Shown piece by piece: positions 1 to 13,564 of a stretch of 64,000 bases of DNA. A program made the position numbers and the translations under genes. Every line of letters begins with the position of its first letter. The first letter of the stretch is position 1. Origin of the DNA: Monocercomonoides exilis PA203 (Eukaryota; Protista; Preaxostyla). Under the pieces are notes generated by a model. That model searched no databases. It saw nothing but the letters and a program-made list of their open reading frames with translations, and was not told where the DNA came from. The stretch is from assembly GCA_001643675.2 (NCBI GenBank), contig LSRY02000001.1, positions 2,356,001 through 2,420,000 of the forward strand, given 5' to 3'.

Positions 1-756
1 TTGGTTCATTCGACTTCTGAAAAAATCGGTTTGGCTTAATCTCTGCTCCGTGAACGAATTTGTGCTGTTTAAGGAATATTTAGCTGTTGAAGGACGATGA
101 AAAATACAAATGAAATGCTTTGGACAGAATACACTAATCAGTCAAGAGAATGCTATTTCTTTGTATTCGTCGTTTTGGATTTCTTAATTTCTCTTGCTCA
201 TTGGGAATTGGGTGAGGATATCATATTTTTGATGAATATTTGGCAAAGCAAGTTGGACTGAAATACAGAAAGAAAAAGCGGGAAAGAGAAAATGTCTGCG
301 TTGAGAAGCTTCAATTAACACACAAACGACCAATAGAATAACGCTATCTTTCCATTCAAATTCATCTTACAAATCCTCTATTTTCATAGGGCTTTGATTT
401 CTCTTTTTCAGTTCGATGAAATCTGAAGGAACGTGGAAAAACAAAGAAAGAAGTGAGAGGAACACAAAACTGCTGAAAATAACAGAGGAGAAGATTTTAA
501 AGTTGATGAGTGAACTAGTGAACATTGATTTTTAACATATTTTTTTTTAGGTTGACAATTCATTCAACAAAGATTCTTGATGAAAGGAAAAGAAAAGAAT
601 TTTAGATTTTTCTTTTTTTATTCTCCAAAAAGAAAGTAAAAACATGATTTAAATGATCCATTTATTTATTTATTTATTTATTTATTTTTTCATTTTGCGA
701 AATGAATGAAAAAAGAGAAATTGAAAATAAAGAGTTACAAAATATAATGTATTTCC

Positions 757-2083
757 TCAAACATTCACAAAATATTCAGAAATTTTCAACAATGTTCCAA
801 GAGAATATATTCCGTGAAGAAATTCAAATTTTTCATGAAAGCTTGCGATTGTATCTTCGTATCCTTCTTCTTCCAGCTTTTCAAAAAACTTCCTGTTCAA
901 CTCTTTTCTTTTCGCTTCTTCCAATTCATCATCTGTCTTCTTTTTCAATCTTTTTGAAACATTCATAAAGAAATACAAGCAATTTCTCATCACATTGTCA
1001 TCCAACGTTGGCAGCTGCATCCCCTCCAAAACAGTATCAACAGCTCCTCCATTCAATAAATCTACAACTTTCACAACTCCCCATTTTGCTGCAGTTCTCA
1101 AGGAATAAATGCACTTGAAACTAATTTCTTCATTATTCCCTTTTGCTGCTCGATATATCTGTACAATGCTATTGATTAGCTCAACATTTTCTTCATTCCT
1201 CAATTTGTTTTTGTAAATATAAGAATTCAATGTTTGCAGCCATCTCACCAATGTAAGCTCTTCTTTCGCTTCTTCTTTGCTCATTTCCTCTTTTTTCTTC
1301 TTCCAATTCACGTTTCTTGTAAGCTCTTCCAATTCTCTTGCTGCTTCTCTTCCAAAATGCAGCTCATTCGCAATTGTATCTTCCAAATTTCTATCTTTGA
1401 AAAATCTATATATAAAAAACAGCCAAGCAGATTGATAGGCCAGATGAGTTAGATTTCTGTGTTTCTGCTGATGTTTGATGATTTCTGTAATTTCCTTCAA
1501 ATATAGTTCTTGTTTCACTTCCTAATCAGAAATAAAAAGGGAAAAAAGCAAACATGACAAAAATGAAAAAGAAATGTTCAAACAATACATTCGTTAATGT
1601 TGCTCAGCGCCAGCAAAGCCATTTCCACTTCCTTTTGTGCCTCCTCGTTTTCCTCTTTTACCGATGCAGCTTTCAGAAGGCAAGGGACTATAATTGAAAT
1701 TATTTCTCCAATTTCACTGGAATAATAATGCAAAGAAAGATAGCATTCGCAAAGATCAACAAGAAGACTTTCTTCATTTTCCTCATTTTTCTTTTCTTCT
1801 TCAATAATCATCTGTTCGAATCTTCCGCCCAGCAAAGAACTATGAAATCCATAAATCCACCAGCCAAAAAGGACTTTACAATATCCAATGCGTTTCAGCA
1901 ACAACAATGTATTTTCCATTGAAAGTTTCTTTTCTTCAATCATTTTGTATATTTTATCATACAATTCTTCGTTGAAAACTACTTCGAATTCTTCTTCATT
2001 CATTCCATCAACTATTTCATTCATTTCTTCAATTTTCTGTTTCTGTTCGGCTTCAGTGAATTGTTCCATCTGCGAAAGTTTCT
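757..2083 (-). CDS. Uncharacterised helical multigene-family protein, copy A (exons 2-3; intron 1522-1583; small first exon not resolved)
   Basis: ORFs 1578-2069 and 757-1518 join in frame across a GTTTGA...TTAG intron; shares family motifs (EQKxKIEEM, LLxDLCECYL, QKEVEMALLAL, AYQSAW, NELHF, KxEEEGYED) with other loci in the window. Confidence 0.8.
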
Positions 2084-4347
2084 CTTAAAAAATTGAAAAA
2101 TCCAAAGAATGAAAAGCATTCATTTCTTATAACACTTTGCAAACCAAGATATATTTGACTTTTTGAAGTTGGCTGTGAAATCGCAAAATGAATTCAAAAC
2201 AACATGTAAATTCGTTTTCGAAACATTCATGGTGTAATGGAATCAATAGAATAAAAACACCAAATCAAAATTTTTTAAATAATATAGGATCGAAACCTCT
2301 TTTGCCATCAATGATTTTTGCCTCAAAGAAAGAAAATCTATGATACAAAATAATCTGGTTTTTGGATAAATTAATAAGGGTGACCAACCTATAATTATAT
2401 AAGTGAAAATTTTTGATTGATGATATGTTGAGATAAAAGTTTGTTTGAGCTGCTTATGTTTACTTCCACGGATGCAACCATGCGAGTTATTGTACTGCAG
2501 AAGAACAGGAACTTTTCTTGCAGATGGAGGAGCGGGTGGCTGTTTGCATCGGTTAAATTTGAAAAGTGAATTGGTGGAGGAAATTGCGTGAAACTTGAAC
2601 TTAGCTGTATATTGCAAAACATATGACGCAACATCGGCTGCGATATTTTGAATGAAAAATAACTCAAGCAAGAGCAGAAAAAATAATCAGAATGTTTATG
2701 AAGGATTGAAATGAATGGCTTGCTCATTTCGAGGGAAATATTGTGTAATTGACATATCTTTTGCTTAGAGCTTGTTTTGCGTGATTATTTGGTGGAAGAT
2801 TTTCTTTATGGGAAAGGAAAGGGAATTGGGGATTGGACAATGGAGGAAGAGAGTTGAACGAAGCACTCAGCAGGCCTTTTCAACAAACGCATTGCCATTT
2901 ACGCGAAACCCGTTGGAAAGTCATCAGCGAAGACATGACACTGATTTAGGCTTTGAAAAGGAGTTAATTTTGAGGATGTGTGTTTTCATTTGAAATCATG
3001 ACTGGTTTCACAATGGATTCTCTACGTTCGATGACGTTCTTTTCCAGATGATTGTTATCCAGTTGCCTGTTTTTTTATGTGGTGAGAGGCAATTTTGGAG
3101 AACAAGAAAACCAGCTGGGCTGATAATTACCAATCCGTTGGAGATGGGAAAATAATTCAAGGCCAAAAAGATGGTTTACTATTTTATTTCATTCATTTTT
3201 CTTTTTAAATGTTCATTGAATGAATACATATTGGTTACGAACAGGAATGCTATGGAAAGAAATCTTCTTTTCATTTCGCGAAAGATTCAGAAATTTTGAG
3301 ATTATTCTTGTTTGGGTTGCATTCAACAATAACATTCGTGACTTCTGCCATCTATTTTTCATGATTCAATCATCGATTAACTCATCTTCTTCTTTATAGT
3401 CATCATCATTTCCAAGAATTGTTTGATGGAAACAGCAATTTTGATGCTTCAATGGAAAGATTTGCAATTTTGGCGAAATATGCAGAATTTAAGTTGGAAT
3501 TGGAGTGCTTCCAAAAAGAGAAGAGAAAAAGGAGGGAAGATTCAGCGATGGACAAGAAAACAAGGGAAAAATGGTTGTGAACAAGAAAAGTGGATTTGAA
3601 GAAGAAGAAGAAGAAGAAGAAGAAGAAAAGAGAAAAGAGAAAGAGGAAATAAGCAATTTTTGAAAGAAGAATTGGATACTTTCTTATGAATGAAATGAAA
3701 GAAGAAAAGATGTTCCTCATTACGAGGAAAGAAAGTTCAGAGAAAGAACTTAGCTATTTTTTATTGGAGAAAGAGAGAGAAGAGGAAGAAAGCAGAAGAA
3801 AAGAAACAAAATAATCAGATGTTGGATTTGAGAAAAGAAGATGAAAATGTTTGGATTTTTTATTCCGGCAAACTTCCAAAAAGATGAGCCGAAAGCGGGA
3901 ATTTTCATGGAGAAAAATGAGTGAAGTGGATTAGAAGAAGAAGAAGATAAAAAGGCAAAAGCGGAGAAAATCAAGCAAAGAGTGATATTTCTCCGGATGA
4001 TACTAATTATCCGGAAGTGGTTCTCTTTCATAAACATGAGGAATTTTGAGGATATCAGCAGGAAAAGAGAAGAGTAATTATCAAAAGAAGAAAAATAAGA
4101 AAGGAGTTATTTCTCATCAGATGATTTGTGCGAAGAGGTTTCAAATTTTTTTTAACAGGTTAAAGAGAGAAAGAGAAAAGATTACCCAATGAAACATAAA
4201 TAAAGAAGGAAGAAGATGAATAGAAATGAGAGAAAGGAAGAAAAAAAAGGGAAAGTTGAAATGGAAAAGTTTAAGGAAAAAGAAAGTTATTTCTTCGTTT
4301 TCTCTCAATTTACATAAAAGGTGGAGAGTATGATTACTCTTCCGCTT

Positions 4348-4592
4348 CGTCTTCTTCTTCTTTTTCTTCTTCTCTTTCTTCTTCTTCTTCTTCTTCTTCT
4401 TCTTCTTCTTCTTCTTCTTCTTCTTCTTCTTCTTCTTCTTCTTCTTCTTCTTCTTCTTCTTCTTCTTCTTCTTCTTCTTCTTCTTCTTCTTCTTCTTCTT
4501 CTTCTTCTTCTTCTTCTTCTTCTTCTTCTTCTTCTTCTTCTTCTTCAGCTTCTTCTTCTTCTTCTCTTTCTTCTTCTTCTTCTTCTTCTTCT
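4348..4592. repeat. (CTT)n/(GAA)n trinucleotide microsatellite
   Basis: About 245 bp of near-perfect CTT repeats. Confidence 0.95.
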
Positions 4593-5584
4593 TTGTTTTC
4601 TTCGTCACATCTTCTGTTCTTCTCTCGCCCCTTTCTCCTTCAGTTCCTTCACTTGCTCGACCAGTCATTGGACCGTCTCTTCGTACAACGGCTTCATTTA
4701 CTTCTAATCCTTCTTCTTTTGTGCAAGCTCCATCTGCAGCATCTCAATCTTTTCATTGAACAACACATTCAACTCGCTAAGCGTCTTCTCCTTCACTTTC
4801 GAAAACTCCATCAGCATTTTCGTTTCCTTCTCCATTTAGCTCATCTTCTATTGATCAGTTACATCTGCTCTTCCGCCACCGCAGACACCAATACCACTAA
4901 TACCACCACTATTTGCCCCAGCGCCATTTTTCTCCGATCTCTCGCTGATCCCAGGTCTCGTTCCCTCACTTCCGACTTTTCCTTCCCTCGCAGATGTTTG
5001 CTTCTCCCACAACACTCACCTTGTTTCCAACTATCGCAACAACCTCATTCCGACTGATGTGCTGCCCAAGCAAAATAAACACTGCCATCCCCGATGTTCG
5101 CTGCAAACTTCTCGTAGCACTTTGAACACAGACCTTACAGCAGAATTACTGAAACTGAAGACGGAACCTCCACACGACAAACAAAAGCCGGTAAAGATGA
5201 CATGTCAAGCGAAATCAACAATCTCACCAACTAATCCTTTCATTGACCACTCACCTGCACTCCCAGCTGTATTCAGCGCTTATTCACAATATCAGTCCAT
5301 GCATCCATTGGCTTCTCTTTCTCCTTCATAGTTGACAGTTTCTCATGCTGCTCCATCACCACTACGTTGCACTTCTTACTTTGCTTCAAAATCTTCCTCT
5401 TCTTCATCTGTGCTATTTCGTCCTTCTCATTCCACTACTCGACTTACCAGCTCATCTGCTTCGATATCCTCTCGTTTCCTCGGATCTTTTGCAGCGAAAT
5501 GAAAAATTACGAATTCCTTTTCTCCATCTCTGACTTCGTATTCTCAAACTTTTCCTTCTTCTCCTTCTCCATCTGCTCCATTTG

Positions 5585-5822
5585 CTTCTTCTTCTTCTTC
5601 TTCTTTTTCTTCTTCTTCTGCTGCTGCTTCATCTTCATCTTCTTTTTTACTACTCCCTCCTCTTCCTCTTCTCCTTCTCCTTCTTCTTTTTTTTCATCTT
5701 CATCTTCATCTTCATCTTCCTCTTCCTCTTCCTCTTCCTCTTCCTCTTCCTCTTCATCTTCTTCCTCTTTTTCTTCTTCATCTTCTTCCTCTTTTTCTTC
5801 TTCTTCTTCTTCCTCATCTTCT
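5585..5822. repeat. Imperfect CTT/CCT/CAT trinucleotide low-complexity tract
   Basis: Mixed pyrimidine-rich triplet repeats; reads as poly-E/K on the minus strand. Confidence 0.85.
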
Positions 5823-6392
5823 AATCCTTTCTCCAGCACATTAAGAGCAATTGCTGCAGACAACAGAGTCGCATCTTCCATCATCATCGCCTCTGTCTCC
5901 AGCGCCTTCACCTCCTCCTCTCCTCCACTTCACACACCGCAACCCTTCTCTCCATCACTTTATCATCCAACATCACCACCACAATCCTCGACTGCAGCGA
6001 TCGCCACATCTGCAGTGAAGGGTCAAACAGATCATAGAAAGACAGGAACGCATTTACATCCTCCACCGCAAAGATCCGCTTGCTCTTCTTTTTCTTTCTC
6101 CTCCGATTCTGCAAGCGATGGAAGCTGTACTACCACCAGTGGAACCGAAAGCATCACTGAAAGATTCTCATCATAGGAAAACGCAATAATCCCATTCAAT
6201 ACAACCAGCTGATTCACAACATATCCCTCGAAGCGTCTGTTGCTCCCTCAGTTACGACTTCTTGTGATTTATATATGCTTCATCTGCCTCAGATACAATA
6301 ATCCGCAGCTGCCTCTCTTCATCGTCTATTCCTGCTGCATACATGAATGATACCGCTACAGCCAAGGCATTCGAAGTGTCAATCGCATGTGC

Positions 6393-6708
6393 TGATGATG
6401 AAGATGAAGATGAAGATGAAGATGAAGATGAAGAGGAAGATGAAGAAGAAGAGGAAGAAGAGGAGGAAGAGGAAGAAGAGGAGGAAGAGGAAGAGGAAGA
6501 GGAAGAGGAAGAGGAAGAGGAAGAGGAAGAGGAAGAGGAAGAGGAAGAGGAAGAAGGAGAAGGAGAAGGAGAAGAAGAAGAAGAAGAAGGAAGAGGAGGA
6601 GGAGAAGGAGAAGGAGGAGAAGAAGATGATGATGAAGAGGAAGAGGAAGAGGAAGATGAAGAGGAAGAGGAAGAGGAAGAGGAAGAAGAAGATGATGATG
6701 ATGATGAA
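6393..6708. repeat. GAA/GAG/GAT trinucleotide low-complexity tract (poly-E/D)
   Basis: Long (GAGGAA)n core with GAT/GGA variants. Confidence 0.9.
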
Positions 6709-8610
6709 GTTAATGCTTAATGATCAGAGTTCACACAATGACTGCTTTCGTAATATATGTTTCTTGAATCAACAAATGTGAAAAAAGAACGAAAGAAGAA
6801 AAAGAAGAAGGGTCATCTGAGAGAGAAATGGAATGGAATGAGTTCAATTGTTCTCTTTGGACGAGCTGGGAGGCAAAGGCAAGTTAGACTTATCAAAAGA
6901 AAATGCAGACATAGTTGACGGATTCAAATTTCATAACAGCCAACAGCAGCAAGAGAAGGCAGATTCATTCCATATTGTAACATGGAATTTGATGGCAATT
7001 CTAACAACAAAATTCTCAAAAACGAAGAAGGTCTTCTTTGTATCAACCAAGTTTATAAAAAAATATCATCAATGAAGAGATCGAAGGAGAAGGAGAAGAA
7101 ACCAAACAATCCGCAAAAATGCTGCTTGAAATGGATTGTTCCTGAAAATGATGCACAACATGAAAAAAAAGCTGCTCATTGGAATGGAAATAAAAAGACA
7201 TAAAATAAAAATAATTAGTTTTTCATTGATTATAAAAAGTCCTCAAAAGAACACATACACCCTCCCAATTGTAAAAGCAGGAGATTGTCCAATCACCGAT
7301 GCTGCCAATCTCCTTTTCCATTGTTTCCCTGTGCTCCTTTCTCCATCATCATTTTTTCTCCTTAAATATCCTTCTTTCTATGTTTTCATCCGTTTTTTTC
7401 CTGAAAAAAATATCTCCGAATTCTGTTCTTTCCAATAACTGTCCAATTGTTGTCGTTCCATTTCGCTCTCATCAAAATGCTTTGAAATTGAATTTATTTT
7501 CATCCCCTCTCCCAAATGAATACTAAAAATTTGCAATTCACATCTGCTGATTGTCTCTCGGCATAGCTCTCTTTTTATATTCTCCTCAGAAAAGCAAATG
7601 AATGGCCATTTTAATAATTCATCAGATTCCTGGACTCTGAGAAGGCCACAAATGAAAAATTCTTTGAAATAAACAAGAACAATTAAAAAAATGCAAACAT
7701 CATAATTTTCATACATCATTTTGGAAAAAGAATTTCCTTCAATGATGCTTTTCATAAAAATCATCTCTCCCAAATTCATCATCAATTCCCAACCGTTGCT
7801 ATCTCGTACCAACGCACAAAATAATATCTCCTATCCTACAGAAAATGGTAAATGTGTATGATACGACCAGTGAAAAATTCATTAATAACGATTTCTTTTT
7901 CATATTCCTTCCGGAAAATAATTAGTGCAATGAAGATATAGTTAATTTTTAACATCAATTTTTACAAAGAAAGAAACTTATTTTTTTTTCAATTTATGAA
8001 TAATGATGAAAAATTTATTTTCGTATTGAAGCCCTAATGTCTTTATAAATAAAGAAAAAATGAAATTTCTTTTAGGGTTAACCCTAATTCATAAAGTTCT
8101 GATGTTAAAATTAGTTTATAGAAAAAAAAAAACCAAAAAGAAAACATGATCAAGTTAAATGATGGGCTTGATCAAAGATTTTTAAGTCTTAAAGAATTAT
8201 TTCATTGGAAGATAATTTTATTTTTGAATAGAATTTCAGAACTGATCTTAATTAATGAGTTCGTTAAGCCCAGTTTCGATACAGTTTTTGGAGTTTACAA
8301 GTAAAATTTATTACTGGCCGTATAATCCCCTTTTACCCAGAAAATATTCGTTCGCTGATCTCTCATCTTGTCAATGGATAATCTCGTTCAAATAAAACTA
8401 CTGGATCATTGCATCCATAACAATAAACTTGAAAAGATAAAACATTGTTTCTCTTCATAATCCTTTGTTAAAAATGGCAATTCAAAATAGAACGGTTTAA
8501 ATGCATTTATTTATATAACTGATTTGAGTTTTTATTTTCAATCTATTTCTTCTATCCTTACGAATGCGAATTCAATGTTAATATCAATATGATGTTGTTT
8601 TCTGAATAAA

Positions 8611-10045
8611 ATGTTTATAAAAATGAAGGATACGGACAACACAAAAAAGTTCACTCGTATGCATTCGTTGTTGCATCTGAATACCTGATGTTTATGTTCT
8701 TTATTTTATTTCAATTGAAGAATTGTTATATGAATTAGAAGACTGCGCCGAGGATGAACAGAAAGCGAAAATTGAAAAAATGTATGAAGTTATGGAAGAG
8801 ATGGATAAAGAAGAGTTCAAATATGTTTTTACAATGGGGCAGCTTGAAACATTCAGTATTATTAACAAAATGATTGAAAAAAAGAAAACGACTGTGGAAA
8901 ATGCAGTTCTGTTGCTGAAGCATATTGGATATTGCAAAGCATTGAAAGACATCTGGATTAATATCTTTTATACATCGTCGTTGATCAAAGGATTAGAAGA
9001 GATGATTATTGATGAAAATAAGAAAAAAGATGAAAAGAACGAAAAGCTCCTGATTGATCTTTGCGAATGTTATCTTTTGCTAAGTAGTTGCTTCTCATCT
9101 GATTTGCTATCAATTTGTGTGCCCTTCCTGCTGAAATATGCATTGAGCAAGAAGAGAAACAAAGAAAATCAAAAAGAAGTGGAAATGGCATTGCTTGCAT
9201 TGAGTAATGTTAAATTTTGCGTATGAATATTTCTATTTTATTTATGATACTATTGATTTTTTTCATTATTTTTTTAGAAATTGAAAAAAGAACTTTTCTT
9301 GGATGAGATCAAAGAGATTATAAAATACCATCAGAAACATCGGAATCTTACACGAATTGCATATAAGTCGGCTTGGTTGTTTTTGATAAATAGATTGTAC
9401 AAAGATAAAAGTTTGGAAACAGTTATTGTGAATGAGCTGCATTTTGGAAGGAGTGCCGCAAGAGAATTGAAAGAGCTGACAAAGTGTGTGAATTGGAAGA
9501 GAGAGAAAGAAGAAGAAGATGGAAGAGGAGAAAGGAAAGAAGAAGTTGTTTTATTGGGATGGCTGAATTCATTGGAGTTTTTCTTTCGTTTCTGCGAATT
9601 GCGTAATGGAGGATATGTTGAGCTTTTCAGCAGCATTGTTGAAGTGCTTCGAGCATCAAGGGATGATTTCAGAGGGATTAGCAATCAATGCATATATTTA
9701 TTTGATAAAGCAGCAAAAAATAAGGCTGTGCAGATTGATTTCTTGCTGAAAAGTGGTGCTATTGATATTATTTTGGAGGAGATTCATCGATTGAGATTGA
9801 ATGATGAAGCAGCACACGAATGCTTGCAATTCTTTAAGAATGTTTCAAAAAGATTGAAAAGGAAGAAGAAAGATGAAATGAAAGAAGTGGGAAAAAAACC
9901 AACAAAAAAGGAATTGTTTGAAAAGTTGGAAGAAGAAGGATACGAAGATGTCATTGTTAGCTTTTGTGAAATGTTTGATTTACTGAGACAAAAGTACTTT
10001 TATGCATATTCATCAAATGTTTCTATTTATTTTGTGTATATCTGA
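8611..10045 (+). CDS. Uncharacterised helical multigene-family protein, copy B (exons 8611-8656, 8721-9220, 9278-10045)
   Basis: Two GTATG...AG introns restore one continuous frame (MFIKMKDTDNTKKFT-QLLYELEDC...); family motifs present; start could be 8623. Confidence 0.82.
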
Positions 10046-10299
10046 GGAATTGAAATGAATTTCAACTTTGAAAATCAAAAATCAGATGAACTGTGAAATT
10101 TCAAACCAAATTTCCAGTTCCTCAATGTTTTTATTTTGAAAATTTCAGCTTTGAAAGCCCAGAAATTTTTATTTGAAAGAGTTTTACAAATATTGGATTG
10201 TTTTTTGAAAAGTTAATTTTTTTCTTTTTTGCAACACACATTGAAGAATTCAACAAGCTTGATTCTTTTGCTTTTCATTTTTTTCCGATTTTAAATTTT

Positions 10300-10372
10300 C
10301 TATTTTTTCTCTTTTCTTTTTCTTTTTCTTTTCTTTTCTTTTTCTTTTTCTTTTCTTTTCTTTCTTTCTCTT
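10300..10372. repeat. (TTTTC/TTTTTC)n microsatellite
   Basis: Visible tandem pyrimidine repeats downstream of copy B. Confidence 0.8.
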
Positions 10373-11116
10373 TTGGACAAGTAGCTGTATTCAAAAATGA
10401 AAAATAGTCTTCACTCTTATCATTTACTTACAAAAGAATTAAATTTTTTGAGAAAAACCCAAACTTTTTTACCATTTCTTAACCCAATCAATAGATAAAA
10501 TGTGAAATAAATTGGTTATATCAAATCAATCGTGTTATTTCAAGTTTCAGCCACGAATTTTGAATTAACCCAGTTATTTTGAAATAATCGGGTAAAACTT
10601 AAATCTACTGGAAGTTTTCAAAAATCATTGAATTGAAATATTTTTGATAGAAAAATGGTTGCGACCATGTTCTGAATTATATTTTTTTGCATTTTCAATG
10701 GAAAGATTTTTCAAATATTCATTTTTTGAGTTTTTATTGCATAAAGTTTTAAATGGATTTTTATCCATCAAAGCATTAAAGTGGCATGAATATTCGTGTT
10801 GGTGATTATTGTCTGTGAAAAATATCATCAGTTGAAAAAACAAATCAACTATTTCAATCTGAATGCAGTTTTTTTGTGAATTCTCAAGATTTTCCAATTG
10901 ATTTCTCGCATGATTATTATATTTTTTTCATATTGAAATTTTGGAAAAAAATAAAGCTTTGACAAATTTCACATTTCTATTGAAGAGAAATATAATTGTT
11001 TGTTGATTTTAATCAAACAGTTATGGTCTCCAATAATAAAATAAAAATATGCAATTCAGAAAGAAATGATAGGAGATATGAAGGTCAGACATGAAATTCA
11101 TAAAAATTATATCATA

Positions 11117-12122
11117 GGGTCAACTTTTTAATGGGACTTTTTTCTTTATTGGCACTTTTTTTGTTTTTGCATGCCAATCATTCAAAAAAGCTTGATGAAC
11201 CACAACACTCGGATGAGGGTGTTTATAAAACAAATACATTAAATTACCGGTTTGTTTTTTAAATTTTGTTTATTTTTCGTAGAGATACAGCAATTTTTAA
11301 TTTATTTTGAAGTGACTTTTTTCAGCCGAAGAAGCGTTTCACAAATTTTTGAAATATATTTTTAAAAACTACTGGCATTATCCTTTTTATATTCAAAATC
11401 TTAAGTTAAACAATTTGTTTTTTCTTCATTTTTTCACATTTCAATTTTTTATCTACATGCAAACACAAATTTGAAAATTTCTTTGTTATTAAAATGAAGT
11501 GTTAAAAATAAAAATATGATATGAAAATTACACACTCTTTTGAAGAAGTGTGAAAAAGGTTCAACATTGAAATTTTCTATTTCCATCAAACTCATCAAAA
11601 TGAAATAAGTTTGATCTCAGATCATTCAATGTAGTGACCATTCACCTTTTTGATGCAAATAGAAAATTTCTATGTTCAACCTTTTTCACACTTCTTCATA
11701 AGAGTGTGTAATTTTCATATCATATTTTTATTTTTAACACTTCATTTTAATAACAAAGAAATTTTCAAATTTGTGTTTGCATGTAGATAAAAAATTGAAA
11801 TGTGAAAAAATGAAGAAAAAACAAATTGTTTAACTTAAGATTTTGAATATAAAAAGGATAATGCCAGTAGTTTTTAAAAATATATTTCAAAAATTTGTGA
11901 AACGCTTCTTCGGCTGAAAAAAGTCACTTCAAAATAAATTAAAAATTGCTGTATCTCTACGAAAAATAAACAAAATTTAAAAAACAAACCGGTAATTTAA
12001 TGTATTTGTTTTATAAACACCCTCATCCGAGTGTTGTGGTTCATCAAGCTTTTTTGAATGATTGGCATGCAAAAACAAAAAAAGTGCCAATAAAGAAAAA
12101 AGTCCCATTAAAAAGTTGACCC
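11117..12122. mobile_element. ~1-kb foldback / long-TIR non-autonomous element
   Basis: Arms of about 470 bp (11117-11590 and 11649-12122) are near-perfect reverse complements around a ~58-bp spacer; termini GGGTCAAC...GTTGACCC flanked by TA on both sides. Confidence 0.85.
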
Positions 12123-12402
12123 TATCGTCTTCGAAAATTTGAGATTTTGAGATGGCATGCAAATTTTAAAGAGTGAAACTTGTCAAAAGAAAGAGTGATT
12201 GTTAAGCGAGAAAAGGAAAAGAAAGCAAAAAATAATTCGAAGATTAGATGCGCGTAATTATATGAAAGTCAACATCCAAAGCAAATTAATTAAAGAGGAC
12301 TTTTTCTGCAAGAAATTTCAGATTTGAACTTCGAGATTCAAAAACAAGATAATTGAAGAATATAATGAGTAATGCACGTTTGGATGCTCAGTTAGTTAAC
12401 AC

Positions 12403-13066
12403 TTGCTAACAGATTCGGCGGAGGAGACATGCGTTGAATGCGTTCCCACAAAATTCAAAATGTGGAATTTTCAATTTATTTTTTGCTCAGCACTGAGAGA
12501 AGGAAAAGGACTTTTATTTTATCCTGTTCAAGCAACAGCTCCAAATGATGGAATTTATTACTGTTTTATGTTCTTCCATGGAAACAAATGCCTGACCAAT
12601 ATTCAATATGACTGCGACATTATCTATTCAGATTATTGCAATATCTTTTTGAACTCATATAATCCGTTCTATGAATGCTACACCACAAACACGAATGAAC
12701 AGAGAGTATGTTATGGATATAATTATGCAATTGCAAGCGCTAGGACATATCAGCACACCGAAAAGAAGGATTGGCTGAAGGACAAGACGATTTGTGTTAC
12801 AGCGAATGGAAATGATGGATTTCCGCTTTGTGGGGCAAATGAAACATTTCCTTGTCTGACAGAAAAAAAGGGTATTTGAGATGTGTGAGGTGCAGATTAG
12901 CATGGCAATCACGTTGATGGAATTCGTCATCAAAGCGAGACAACAACTATTAAGATTGTTGAAAAGAAGATTTCAGTCATTGGAACGGACAAAGAGAAAA
13001 GTTCTATTGGAACAGAAAAGCTTTCCTTATATTCCCCAACAACAACAGGACTGTTGTTCAGTTTGA
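12403..13066 (+). pseudogene. Fragment of Cys-rich surface-protein family gene
   Basis: Motifs YCFMFFHGN, CYTTNTNEQRV, KKDWL, LCGANETFPCLT resemble the module in 53328-61103 (YCFFHNN, CYST..NRV, EWL, CG..ESYPC.T); frameshift near 12870. Confidence 0.6.
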
Positions 13067-13074
13067 CGAATAGC

Positions 13075-13407
13075 TATTTGTGGACGACTCATTTGAAGAT
13101 TGATTTCTGACTGAGCCTTGGAGCTTTTGTTGCTTTGTTGGAGGAGATTCAGCGATCGACAATGGATATCAAAATAGAAGGTAAATTCTTGGGATTTTTT
13201 ATATATGTTTCATCGATGTTGAAAGGAAAGGAGAAAGATGAAATGGAAGGAGCGAAAAGGAAAACGACAAAAAGGAAAACGTTTGTCAAGATGGAAGAAG
13301 ATGGATTAGAAAACGTCATCATAAGCTGTAATGAAATAATTGATTTTTTCAACAATGGAAATCATCATTTATCGTTGGATGTTGCAGATTATTTCGTAAA
13401 TGCTTGA
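13075..13407 (+). pseudogene. 3' fragment of the helical multigene family
   Basis: LEEIQ...KRKTTKRKTFVKMEEDGLENVI...DYFVNA matches the family C-terminus; 5' part missing, in-frame stop upstream. Confidence 0.75.
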
Positions 13408-13564
13408 AAAAAATGTAATGTGTTGAATTTTGTAACACATAAATTTTCTTTTTCTTTTTCATTTCGCAAAATTAGAAACAAGAAGTTATTTTGTAAATTC
13501 GTTTATTCACAAATTCGAAATGAAACAAAGCAATAATAAAAAATAGAAAATGAAAAAAATGCAG

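Noticed and set aside
4141-6781. ORFs with poly-K, poly-L, poly-S, poly-E runs
   Set aside because: They arise from trinucleotide microsatellites open in several frames; a decayed minus-strand coiled-coil gene is possible but could not be reconstructed
8072-8087. TTAGGGTTAACCCTAA palindrome resembling a telomere fusion
   Set aside because: Only one repeat unit per side; too short to support
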